Shown here: positions 46,601 to 59,514 of the stretch, one piece after another
Layout: each line of letters begins with the position of its first letter
Position numbering within the stretch: position 1 is the stretch's first letter
Position numbers and translations under genes: made by a program
Source: Mobula hypostoma
Taxonomy: Eukaryota
DNA length: 64,000 nucleotides
Assembly (NCBI RefSeq): GCF_963921235.1
Contig: NC_086109.1
Span: 18,230,001-18,294,000, forward strand
Direction: 5' to 3'
The notes under the pieces: generated by a model
What the model saw: only the letters and a program-made list of their open reading frames with translations
What the model was told of the DNA's origin: nothing
The model's database searches: none

Positions 46601-49600
46601 TTTCTTATAACCATGTTAAACAATTCTAAGTATTCCCCTCCCTGCTACTGCATCGTTTTCTAGTAAAGCTTTTGCTCCCATCTGAGAAGAAAATGTAGGC
46701 AAATTTCTGAAAAACAAGTTCTTACTATTAGGCAAACATTTGAGGACGCTTTATGAATTGACTATTCTGTCAAGATCAAGATTGTTAAATAGAACCAAGC
46801 TATCAAGGTAAAATAGGAAGCTGTGTGTGATGGTCTAAAGCAGGGAAAACAACTTTATTAATTTGGGAGTTCAAGGCAACCTTTGAATTATAAAGTAATG
46901 AATGGCAAGAGCATCCTATAATGTGCCAGCATCAGTGCTAAACAATGACTTTTTCTTTCTTTTTCCCCAAAGAAGTGAGTCTTACATAGAAAATGTCAAA
47001 TCATTACTGGAAACTTAAATAATGTTGACTTTCAAAGGCATGGCAGAAGCAGAAGGAGTGAAACGTAACCACGGTTAACTGAACCAAGGACAAGAGCAAA
47101 GAAAGACTGACTTGTATTTCTCTAGCATATAGTTTTCAGAACAACCCTTAGTGATTTACAAGCAGTCCAGCACATTTGAAATGTTACTGTAGTTGTTGTA
47201 GTAGCAAGTTTGTGCACAGTAAGTTTCTACAAATGGCAATATGCTAAGGACATGGTTGTAGAATTTGCTTTACAAAAATGTGGTTTAATGGGTAAATGTG
47301 AACAAGGACTTAAGAATGTGTGTGTATATATTGGATTGCAATAGCAATGATAATTTAAGAAAGGGCTTTCTACCTAACAATATAGGAGAAGGAGGGACTT
47401 TAACCATATGTTCCGCCAATCATTGGGATCGCATCTGAAATGGCCGCCTTCACTTAACTGCTTTACCTGATCTTTGCTTTGGCCATTATCCATAACTTTT
47501 CAAGAAGGATGAGAGGTGACTTGACAGAGGTCTACAAGATAAAAGGAGGCAAAAATTGAGAAGATAGTTAGAGACTTTCTCCCAAGGAGGAAAGGCTGAC
47601 ATGAGGGGGCATAATTTTAAGGTGATTGGAGGTAGGGTTTTTAGAGAGTGGTGAGTGCATGGAACACCCTGCCAGGGGTGGTGGTAGAGGCAGATAGATT
47701 AGGGACATTTAAGAAATTCTTAAACAGGCACGTGGATGATAGAAAAATGGAGGACTACATAGGAGGAAATGTTCTAGTACATTAAAAGGTTGTCATAAAA
47801 TCATGGGCTGAAGGGCCTGTACTGTGCTGTACTATTCTATGTTCTGACTACCCTGTGCAGGGATGGTACAGCAGTACAGTAGGTATTGTAACACTTTTAC
47901 AGTGCCAGTGACACGAGCTCAATTCTGCCGCGGTCTGTAAGGAGTCTGAATGTTCTCTTCGTAACTGCCTGTGTTTTCTCCTGGTGCTCCAGTTCCCCCT
48001 CGTGTTCCAAATATATATGGGTTATAGATATGGCTTATAAGTTGGTCACATGGGTGTAATTGGGTGGCGTGAGCTTGTTGGGCCAGAATTCACGGTTACT
48101 GAGCTGTACCTCCAAATAAATAAAAATTAGACAAAGCAGCCATTCTCCCTCGCCAGCAGAGCACATGAAGTGTACACCACGTATAAAATGTACTGTAGTT
48201 ACTCACCATCTTGTTCCAACAGAGTCTTGCAAGCCCACAGCCTCTACCATAAGAATGACAATGGTACCAGGAGCACGGCCCACTGGCAAGATCCCCTCCA
48301 AGTCAAATACTCCCAATTTGGAGATGCATAGACAGTCTTTCAATGCAACTGGGTATACCCTGAAAACGCTGTCCCCAGCAGTACTGTGAATAGCGTTACT
48401 GGCAATGGCAGCCTAGCACCACCTTGTATAGAGTTGTTTGGGAGGGATAAAATGAAAGAGTTCCAGTTTCAAATGCTCATTCCTGCACTGTTGGCTTCCA
48501 TGCCTTCAGTTTCTTGGGCTCTCAACACTTTCCTCTCCAGTACCTCCACCTCATTTTCTTCTGTTTTATTAAAAAAAAATACTCTTGAATCTCACCTCTT
48601 TTGAGTGTTTCTCCTAACATCACTCCATGACTCAGACCCAGACTCATATTTATCACATGCACGTTAAAGCGTACAGTGGAATTCGTTGAAACTAACACAA
48701 TTTAAGGATGTGCTGGGGGCAGCTTGAAAGCATCACCACACATTCCCATTCCAACATCGCATGCCCACAATATTCAGCAGAACAACACAACAGCAACTAA
48801 ACAAAACCAGCAGCAAAGCAAGCCTCTTTCCTAAACACTAGATCTCTCAATCAGGCATGCCTTGAACAGGCCACCGCCAGGCCTCTAACCTACAGTCCCG
48901 GCCCATGTGGTATATTGTCAAATGTATTGCGTAATATTTCTGCAGTGTGTGTCTTTCACAATGATGGAAGCCCAGTTTAGACTTGTATTAGTTAAAAACT
49001 CTGATTTAGATTTACTACATGCAGCCCCAGCTTAGCATGCCCATAATCCTCAGTAGAACAACACAGAGTGTACCAAGCAACAACAGTGAAACAAGCCCTG
49101 TTTCTCCCTCCCTCTCACCCACTGATCCACACACATGCACAATCCTCTAACCCCAGGACAGGTCATCTTCAGCCTCCAGCAGCTATGTGCATTCGCCGGC
49201 ACTAGGCCCCAACTTTCCCAATGGACTTGCAGAGATCTGCAAACCCAGGCTTCGGCCACTGGGCTGTGACTGGACTTCCGATTGGCCTCACAAAGATGTT
49301 GAGTTGTTTTCTGCAGAATGATGTATGGTCATGGTGATGTTTGGAAGCCAGATCACATTTCTATTTGACTCCTGATTATAGCAGCACATGGAGTTCTGGT
49401 TAATGCTGATGAGGATAGGATTACATTATGATTATGTGGGAGGTTGCTCTGAGTATTGTGTGACTTTAGGAAACCTATAGTGCATAGTATGGAAAATTGT
49501 AACAAAGAAGTCAATGGTTTTCAGTCCATTTCTCCACTTGTGTTGACATTAAAACATTGTTTAAATGAAGTGAATTGTATCCATAGACCCAAGGCCATTT

Positions 49601-50582
49601 ATCAGACTTATTGCATTTTCTACACTTCATAGATTTTCTTTTGGACTTTTAAAGACCCATTTTTGGAGAATATGGATTATTGCATAGAACTAGTCTTCAC
49701 AAAGCAATCCTGAAAGAGGAAAGTGATTGACTGTCAACTCATTCACTTTCAGATTCAGTCTTAGTGAATAAAAGGTGTTAATAGCAAGCGAGGAGAATCA
49801 AAGTGTTGGTTGATTGGTTGTATAAAGCATTGATTAACCAATTTCCCCAGGGATCAATAAAGTATGACTATGATTAAGCTGCACGGAGTATTGTGCGCAG
49901 TTCTGGCCACACCATTGGAAGGACATGCTTGCACTAGAGATGGTGTAGGAGAGTTTCACAAAAATTTAACCTGGATTGGAGGGCTTGGGTTATCAGGAGA
50001 GGCTCAGTCCGTTTTCACTGGAGCAAAGGAGGACGAGAGATGACACAATAATAAATAATGTAAGGCATAAGTAGAGTCTGTTTCCCATGGTCAAACTGTT
50101 TAAAACATAGGTTTAAGGTGAGAGGGCGGATGATTAAAAGTGATCTGAGGAGGAAATTTTACTCAGAGAATTTTGGTGTCTGGTGTTTGGTACCTGCTGG
50201 AGGAGTTGATGAAGGCAAAAACAGTAAAGCTGCATTTAAGACCTATTGTATCTGGACAGGTTCTTGAATGAGGAAGGCAAAGGTGGATATGGAATTAATG
50301 CAGATAAATGGGAGTAAAGTAGATCGACATGATTGACCAAACATCCTGTTTCTGAGCGTACAACTTGATCGTCTATAACTTTGTTCTCAGAGTTACCACA
50401 TCTTCAACCTTCCCATATCTCTGGAGGTTGCTATGACCTCTGAGTGACCATGACAACAGGATGGCCATAGTGTCAATGCAATTGTATATCTACAGTTACT
50501 GTGACCACACAATGACCCTGACCTTAGGGCAACCATGAGTCAAAAATCACTGCAACCCCAGAACGGTCATAACTCCAGAGTA

Positions 50583-50803
50583 ACACACACACACTAGATG
50601 CTGGGCGAACTCATCAGGCCAGGCAGCATTTAGGAAAAGAGTACAGTCGACGTTTCGGGCTGAAACCCTTCGGAAAAGTTCTGGGTTTCGGTCCTAAACA
50701 TTGACTGTACTCTTTTCCATAGATGCTGCCTGGCCTGCTGAGTTCATCTAGCATTTTGTGTGTGTTGCTTGGATTTCCAGCGTTTGCAGGTTTTCTCTTG
50801 TTT
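50583..50803 (+). mobile_element. Minimal inverted Penelope-like insertion (~220 bp)
   Basis: Imperfect arms ~50583-50668 and ~50683-50766; TSD at(a/g)actccagagta at 50569-50582 and 50804-50817. Confidence 0.8.
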
Positions 50804-51580
50804 ATGACTCCAGAGTAGCCATGATTTCTAGCTACGGGTGTAAGTGCTGCAGACACAACGAAAACATTATTTTAAAGAATCCAGCAATAGGAATGGTTCT
50901 CTCAGTCATTCAGGAGAAGGTGCAGTAGGAAAGTTAAATTGGATAGGCTGAGTGATTTGACAGGACCCTGCATCAGGACTGAAAGTGTAGAGGGAAGATG
51001 GCCAATACAGATACAAACATTATCTGTACCCCTCATAATGTTTTATACCTCCACTACACCAATAATTTCCCTGAGACCCACCCATTGGGGTCAGCTGTGC
51101 CAATGGCTTCCATTCAGGATATTGCTGCTGCCCAGGTTGGGACCTGGCCGGACTCGAACTCAGGAACACCCGCCTCAAAGTACACCACCAGCCGGCCCCG
51201 CTCATCCGTACACAATGTGAAAAGCTTCTCTCCCTCCAGCTGAGTTGATCCAAGTGCCAGCCAGTCAAGCTAGCAGCAAATTTGCAACCTGCCTTCTCTC
51301 TTCCTTTATTGACTCAAGGTTGTTCAACCGGTTCTTTGCAGGAACCTTAGTGATTTGGCCACAGCAATAACACAACTTGCTTTCTCAAAGCAGCACTACT
51401 AACATTTCTTGGGCTCACCCTCAGGATTGAGGGTGACTTGCTTCCAATCTAGTGCTGTGGGTTCTGAAGTGGCCAATGGGGTCTCTTTGGAACCCAGAAG
51501 TATTGTCATTGGTAGGACTGAAATGGGAACACAGGAGAATGAACAAGGCTATAGATTGGGTAAAGGCTTTCTCCACTGAG

Positions 51581-52031
51581 CAACACACACAAAATGCTGG
51601 AAGAACTCAGCAGTTCATGAAGCATCTATGGAAATGAATAAATTTGAGCTGAGACCCCTCTTCGGGGCTGGAAAGGAAGGGGAAAGACTCCAGAATAAAA
51701 AGGTGAGGGAAAGGGATGGAGGATTAGCTAGGAGGAGATGGGTGAAGCCAGGTGGGTGGGAAAGGAGAGGGCTGGAAAAGAAGGAATCTGATAGGAGTGG
51801 AGAGTGGACCATGGGAGTAAGGGAAGAAGGTGGGGCACCAGGAGAAGGTGATAGTCAGATGAGGAGAACAGGTAACAGTCCAGAATAGAAGAACAAAGAA
51901 CAGGGAAGGGGGGAGGAATATTTCTGCCCAAAATGTCAACTATTAATTTCTATAGGACCTGCTGAGTTCCTCCAGTATCTGTGTCTGCTGCTCTAGATTT
52001 CCAGCATCTGCAGAATCGCTTATGTTTATGA
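51581..52031 (+). mobile_element. Old inverted Penelope-like insertion inside a CR1 fragment
   Basis: Minus pLTR ~51581-51920 joined to plus pLTR end ~51922-52031; TSD ttt(c/t)tccactgag at 51568-51580 and 52032-52044. Confidence 0.7.
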
Positions 52032-52556
52032 TTTTTCCACTGAGGTTGGGTGATGTCATGGGTTTCGGCTGAAAGGTGAAATATTTAAGGGGGAAACCTG
52101 AGGGGAAGTTCCTTCACTGAGAGGGTGGTGCGAATGTGGAATGAGCTGTCAGTAAAAGTGGTGAATAGGAGCTCAGCTTCAACATTTAGGTGCACGTGGA
52201 TGAGAAGGGTGTGGAGGGCTACGGTCCATGTGTGAGTTAATGGGAATAGGCAGAATAACAGTCTGACATGGACTGGGTCAGCTGTTCCTGTGCTGTAGAG
52301 CTCTATGACTCTATGGAGATGATGGAGATGCTGTTATCCGGAGCAATAAAAAAAATCAACCAATCTGCTGCAGGAACTTAATGGGTCAAGTAATATCTGT
52401 GAAGGCAAAGGCATGGTTAACATTTCGAGTCAAGGCCCTGCATCAGGACTGAAAGTGTAGAGGGAAGATGGCCAGTACAGATACATAACTGTGGATAATG
52501 GGATTAAATAGTTTGCTCCTTTTTAGGGAATCCAAATGGCCAGTGTGAGGTGAATA

Positions 52557-52806
52557 AAGGAAAGGTACGTTTCTCCCGCTAGCGGACGATTTCCCTCCAC
52601 GCCTCTCTGACGTAGTGGGGAACCGCGCACGAGGCAAGTTACAGCAGTGATTTGCCATTGCCTTCTGCCGGGTGAGTTTCCAAAGAGATCACCAGCTCGT
52701 AACCCAGCACGGATGGAAAGCGTGCAGGGGAGCTGGCTGGATTCGAACTCGGGACCTTTCGTCCTGAAGTCTGGAACTGATGCCACTATGTCACCAGCTG
52801 GGTCTA
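52557..52806 (-). mobile_element. tRNA-derived SINE with RTE-like tail
   Basis: A box GGTGACATAGTGG, B box GAGTTCGAATCC; agaaggcaatggcaaa motif; 11-bp TSD TGAGGTGAATA at 52546-52556 and 52807-52817. Confidence 0.8.
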
Positions 52807-54029
52807 TGAGGTGAATATTTGTGCTAAATTCCTTGTAAATCTTGGTAGCTTGATGCTAAATTTGGTTGCAAAGTACGTATTCATAGAAGTTTAAATACTT
52901 GGCCAAAACAATGGAGTTACAATCAACCATTACTCTGCCTCAAGAACAAGAGAAGCACATTGGTTTAAGTGAAGGCAAGGAAGGATGACGGATGAGGATA
53001 ATACCCAACATCAGAAATAAGGAATAAATAGATTTATCAGTTATTGCATGCAATTTAAAGGGCAGCTTACTGGTGAGTGTCGGTTGGGGAAAAGTAATTT
53101 CAAATTCAATAGGACATATAATGTTTTGAAGAACTTGCAACATGTGCCCAACTGGTCTCCACAACAAAACCTTAGTATTCTTACCTCATGTTTATCTAGC
53201 TTTTCCTTAAATGTATGTGTGATAAATCGTATCTCATGACAGTGAGTTTCATACACATTAATTACTCTTCAGTGAAGGATTGCAAAGTTCAAAGTAAATT
53301 TATTATCTAAGTACATAAATGCCAGCAAATACTACCCTGAGATTCAGCTGCTTGTAGACATGCACAGTAAAACAAAGAAATACAAGAGAATCAATGAAAA
53401 ACTATACACAGACTGACAAGCAACTAATGTGCAAAAGACAAACAGTGCAAGTACGATAATAGTAAACAATACTGAGGTGACAATGGAGAAGAAGTTTTAT
53501 CTTTAATCTGTTCCTGTTCCTGAAAATGCTTAGTGCATGGTAGGAGTGATTGTGGTCACATCTATTTGGACTTTCTCTTAATAGAGATTGATATTTTCTC
53601 ATTTTCTAGGGATACGGCTACATTTATTTCCAAGTCCACCTTGTGCCACCTTGCCATCAATGCGGCTGGCAATACTGAGCAAAGAAGGAAATGAACTCTT
53701 TGCTATTGATCAATGGCTGAATGGTTAGCAAAAAGTAGAAATTCATCTGTGATTTTGTTGAACACATTGAACAAGAATCGTAAACTGGTGTTCAATAGCA
53801 GGTGTTCAGAATTGTACCACAAGATGCCTAATCAATATCTTGTCATTAGCAGAGTGAATATTGGCAATTGAAGGAAAAGTTGTAATTACAGAAACTGAAC
53901 TATCTTTAGTTTTATCCCTCAAACAGTTACAATTTACTCCGCTCCTTTCCAAAAGGTACTGTCTCTCATTAGGATACAAGAGGTTGGAGACCTGCCCTAC
54001 AGTTGGAGTACTGTTTGTTTAGGATGGTG

Positions 54030-54450
54030 GTGAACATTGGTAGCTCGGGCTGACGGTGTTTGCTGAGCTCGGCAATTAACTTGCAGATGCTTCATCACCA
54101 GTTGAGGTGATACCCTCAATGCACAGTTGTTGGTGTTTGTCTCTGGGAGTGCTTGCATTTATGTAGCCCCCACATTCCCTTGCCTCAGCCCTGATTGGCT
54201 ATCCCTTTGGTTGACCTTCAATTCTATTGGCTCACGTTTCTTTGGCTTTTAGGGGTTTGCAGATGGCGTCTATTTCAATATGTTTTTATATGGTTCTCTT
54301 CTGATAACTCTGTAAATGAGCATATCGAAATAGATGCCGTCTATGAATCTCTAAGATCCAAAGCAATGTAAGCCAATAGAATTCAAAGGCCAACTGAAAG
54401 GGTAGCCAACCAGGACCAAGGCAAGCAAATGGGGAGGGGGGGGCTATGCA
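54030..54450 (-). mobile_element. Second, older Penelope-like family terminus with inverted arm and decayed hammerhead
   Basis: Imperfect inverted repeat ~54158-54285 vs ~54318-54450; minus 54082-54123 reads tgca-ttgagg-gtatcacc tcaact ggtgat-gaagcatc-tgca. Confidence 0.5.
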
Positions 54451-55294
54451 CACACGAGAACACTGCAACATCAAAGCACCGTTTGTATGTGGTTAAGAAG
54501 GAGAAAAGAGGCTTGTTTTGCTTACTGTTTTGTTGCTTATTGTGTCCTTTTATTTTCTTTCTGCTGAGCATTGTGGGAATGCTGTGTTGGATCTCCAGTA
54601 TGTGGCGACACTTCCGAGCCAGCCCGAGCATATCCCTAGGTTGTGTTGGTCATTAATGCAGATGATGTATTTCACTGTGTTTTAATGTACTTGTGTTAAA
54701 TAAACCTGAAGTAACAGGAACCAACTAATCAGAGGTTAAGCCAATTACTCTGCAAATGTGTATGTCCCATTCCCACCACCTCTGTCAGATCAGAACATTA
54801 CTGTCTTCTATTGGTAAATTTTGTTTCATGTTCATAGAAGTATTTACCGTAAAACAAAAGTCGTTAAGCTTATCACGTCCACGTCAGCACTTGCCCACCT
54901 TGTGAATAAATAGTCCGAGATAAATTCCCCTTTTCACTTTCAGCAACAACTTCTCATTCATTCCTATCTCCAATTTAACCTTGAATGTTATTATTGTTTT
55001 CATCTCTCTCAGATCCCTTCATGACTTCACCCTTTCCCCAACTTTGAAACTTCCTGAGGCCTTAAAGCCCCTAAGGGGCTTTCTATCCTGGCCTCTGACA
55101 CATCCTGTGCCTTTTTTAGTCATTGATGCATCTACCTTCAGCCAAGTAGACTTTACACTCTTCCCTCACTTAATCTCTCAGACTTCCCTCCCTTTCCTTC
55201 ATAGATGTTGCTTAAATGCTTTCTTCTTGGACAAGCATTTACACATCAACCCTAATGACTTATCTGTATTTTAGCTTGCTGAAGCCTCTTAGGA

Positions 55295-56224
55295 ATAGTC
55301 ATAGTCATACTTTATTGATCCTGGGGGAAATTGGTTTTTATTACAGTTGCACCATAAATAATTGAATAGTAATAAAACCATAAATAGTTAAATAGCAATA
55401 TGTAAATTATGCCAGGAAATAAGTCCAGGACCAGCCTATTGGCTCAGGGTGTCTGATCCTCCAAGGGAGGAGTTGTAAAGTTTGATGGCCACAGGCAGGA
55501 ATGACTTCCTATGACGCTCTGTGTTGCATCTCAGTGGAATGAGTCTCTGGCTGAATGTACTCCTGTGCCCAACCAGTACATTATGTAGTGGATGGGAGAC
55601 ATTGTCCAAGATGGCATGCAACTTGGGCCGCATCTTCTTTTCAGACACCACCATCGGAGAGTCCAGTTCCATCCCCACAACATCACTGGCCTTACGAATG
55701 AGTTTGTTGATTCTGTTGGTGTCTGCTACCCTCAGCCTGCTGCCCCAGCACACAACAGCAAACATGATCGCACTGGCCACCACAGACTCATAGAACATCC
55801 TCAGCATCGTCCAGCAGATGTTAAAGGACCTCAGTCTCCTCAGGAAATAGAGACGGCTCTAACCCTTCTTGTAGACAGCCTCAGTGTTCTTTGACCAGTC
55901 CAGTTTATTGTCGATTCGTATCCCCAGGTATTTGTAATCCTCCACCATGTCCACACTGACCCCCTGGATGGAAACAGGGGTCGCTGGTACCTTAGCTCTC
56001 CTCGGGTCTACCACCAGCTCCTTAGTCTTTTTCACATTAAGCTGCAGATAATTCTGCTCACAGCATGTCTCAATTTCCTACCATAGCCCTGTACTCAGCC
56101 TCATCTCCCTTGTTGATGCATCCAACTATGGCAGAATCATCAGAAAACTTCTGAAGATGACAAGACTCTGTGCAGTAGTTGAAGTCCGAGGTGTAAATGG
56201 TGAAGAGAAAGGGAGACAAGACAG
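55295..56224 (-). mobile_element. Rex1/Babar LINE, 5'-truncated
   Basis: QKFSDDS RT motif near 56145; MLRMFYESVVASAIMFAVVCWG...RHRKSFLPVAIKLYN; (TATGAC)n tail. Confidence 0.9.
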
Positions 56225-58289
56225 TATCTTTGCACTACATAAATGCAAGTGTTTGTTGTAGTTACAACTAAACTTAAGACCGTTTAGTCAGCATCTTAAC
56301 TTCCTATTTATTTATTGAGATGCAGCCCACCGTAGGCCCTTCTGGCATTTCCAGACACATCGCCCGGCAATCCCACAGTTCAATCCTAGTCTAATGACAG
56401 GACAGTTTACAATGGCCAATTTATCTACTGACTGGTACGTCTTTGGAATGTGGGAGGGAACCAGAGTAAGCTTGTATAGTCACAGGGAGAACGTACAAAC
56501 TCCTTACAGGCAGTGGCAAGAATTGAACCTGGGTTGCTGGTACTGTAGATCATTGTGCTAACCACTAGCTATTTCTGCTCAATCCATTGTCAACCTTCAA
56601 TGCTCTGACTGGGATTCCCAGAGTATCTCCTCTTGCCAGGTGCATCCTGTACCAATTATTGCATTGCTTAGAGCCGGATTCCTCTCTCACATACAAAGTT
56701 AATGTCACTTTGTTTCAATCCATACGCATTCCAGGCCAGCTTAGTCTGTTGTGGGAGTAGAATAGAGGCCAATTCTGAATTATGTTTGTTTGTCTCATTC
56801 TCAGTCAGACAATTTCTTCCCTCACCCCCACGTCCCCACCGTGAAAACTTAACTAAATATAACATATCCTTCAATTGTCCTTTAGGTGATGTGTGTGCAG
56901 TTCCCAGCTGATAGTGGACTTATTTTTGATTGTTGATTTAACTGCACATGACTTAACAAATAAAGTAATAATGTGTTTTCCATTGTATTGAACATAACCT
57001 GTGTTGCTGTTAAAATTCTTGACGTAGAAATGTCACTTGAAACTATGAATACGTTTTTTTTAAAAACCCTGGATAAATCCTGTTGAATGAAGTAATTGTT
57101 CACTTTAATGAGTCACTGTTGTGAATTTCAATGAAGGTTTTAACAATAGCATGTTTTTTTAATGATTTTTGTTCTTTGTGAATCCTTCTGAGCCAACAAT
57201 CTCTTGTGAAATTATGATTCCAAATTATTGAGGGATGTATGTATTGGCTGGGGTGGGGAGCAGGGCTGGATGGAAAATCTAGACAAAAAAAGGGTTTACT
57301 CCCCACTAGGGTCTTGAGCACTTCATCCATGCAAACTTCTCCATGTCAGTTGAAAACAGAATCAGATTTATTACCACTGGCTTGGGTGATGTGACACTTG
57401 TTGTTTTGCAGTACAGTATAAAGACGTGAAGTTGCTGTACATTGCAAAAAAGAGGAATAACAAAGTGGTGTTCATGGATTTGTGGAGTGTTTGGAAATCT
57501 GATGGTGGTTGGGGGAGAAAGCTGTTTCTGGATCATTGAGTGCGGGTCTTCAGGCTCCAGCACCATCTCCCTATGGCAACACAAAGAGAATGACTTGGAT
57601 GGTTAAGGGTGCTTTTGGTGGTGCACTCGAAGCACTGCCACTTGTCATTGTGAGGGAGTGCTACACTAATGGAGATGGTTTTCCTGACATGACATTAAAT
57701 CAAGGTCATAACTGCCCTCCTTATTGGATGTAAATGGTTCCATAGCACTACTTCATGGAAGGGAGGTGGATTTCTGCCAGATGTTCTTGCCAATATCTAT
57801 AATCCAAGTAAAATTTTTAACTAAGACTTCAGCACACTGATGCTTCAGGGATCTTGCTGCGTGTAGGCTCAAGTTTATTGTCATTCAATCATACACATGT
57901 AGAAAACTGAATGAAACAATGTTCCTCAGGGACCAAGTTGAAAATCACAGTACATATATCACATACAGGACATAAAATAATATTAACAGATAAAAATGTA
58001 TTCTGCAGATATTCAAGTTGATAAAGTGCATATATGACATATAGTTAAATGTACAACAGTACTGTTACTGGCGCTGTCATAAATAATGTGTACTGGGTGT
58101 TCAAAAGTCTCATAGCCTAGGGGAAGAAGCTATTACCAGCATAATAGTCCTTGTTCTTGTACTGCATTTTAAAAATGCTGTATCAGTTGGAATATAAATA
58201 ATTTGGAATCTCTCATGTCACAACAGTAGAAAATATTTCAAAAAGCATACCTTGGCTGGGAAGCAATCTGAGCCAGCCCTAAGCAAGCG

Positions 58290-58570
58290 ATAGCACAGTA
58301 ACGTAGTGGTTAGCACAATGCTTTACAGTACCAGTGACCTACGATCAATTCCCGCCACTACCTGTGAGGAGTTTATACGTTCTCCCCGTGACTGCGTGTG
58401 TTTTCTCTGGATGTTCCAATTTCCTCCCACAGTCCAAAGACATGCCGGTTGGTAGGTTAATTGGTCATTGTAAATTTTCCCATGATTAGGCTGGGGTTAA
58501 CCTGGGGCTTCTTGGGCATCAGGGCTCGAAGAACTGGAAGGGCTTGCTCCATGCTGTATCTCAATAAATA
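58290..58570 (+). mobile_element. V-SINE/HE1-like SINE
   Basis: gtaacgtagtggttagc head, V-domain ggagttt..cgttctccccgtgactgcgtg...cctcccacagtccaaagac, tail tgctgtatctcaataaataaa. Confidence 0.8.
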
Positions 58571-59514
58571 AAGAAAGAAATGCAACCTCTATCTCTTAAA
58601 TGATGTTCACCAGCTGTCAAACTCTTTAAAACTTACCATGCCCTGGAGTGAAAGAGGCTGAAGGATGACTAGATGAGAAGGTAATAGTTAAAATATTTCA
58701 TCTCATGATAGCAATATATTTAAAAAAAGAAGCGACAGGTTTGTGGTGAGCGGTAACAGCTTTGAAGAGGATTTCCAGAAGTTTTTTTTTGTACAGGGAG
58801 AGGTTGACATCTGGAGCACGCTACCAACAGAAATGGTGCAGTTACTACATTTTTAGACGGAGACTCGGTTCGATATGGCGTGGAAGGAATGGATGTAATA
58901 CAGGCAAATGGGATGTATGTAGATGGGCTAAAAGGCTGGGGACTTGATGGGCTGAAGGTCCTGTTTCTGTGCTGTATAACTCCGGAAATTTTGTGTAAAG
59001 TGGGATGGTGGTGTGGGGCGATTGTCCATTACTTTACCAGCAATATGATGACAGTGGTGCCACTTTCTCATCTCTTCATACTTGTACAAGAGCTGAAGAG
59101 GAAATCCCCTAGAATCCCCATCTCCTTTCTGTCTGTAATGTCAGCCTGCCCCTACTCCTCAAGTATGTGTGCCCTTTACTGTTTGTTCCATTGCCAAATG
59201 TTTTGTATAAATACACAGCCTGTGAGACTAACCAATATCTAACTAGCTTGGGCACTGTAACAAAAAGGGAATACTCAGTTTGCTTCCCAGCTGAGATAGT
59301 GCAGCATGAGAGCTTGTTATCCCTTGTATTCTATAATAGAGGCAATGATTTGCATGCCCATGGACACTTTAAAAGTAATGAATCATCCCAAGAAACTTAA
59401 CAGGAAAATTTCTGGACTAAACATGGCCTGAGTTGTTGGGTATGGCAACCGAATATCAAGGAAGTGAACTTTAATAACTGGCACTGAAATGTTCCACACC
59501 CTATGGACTGACTT

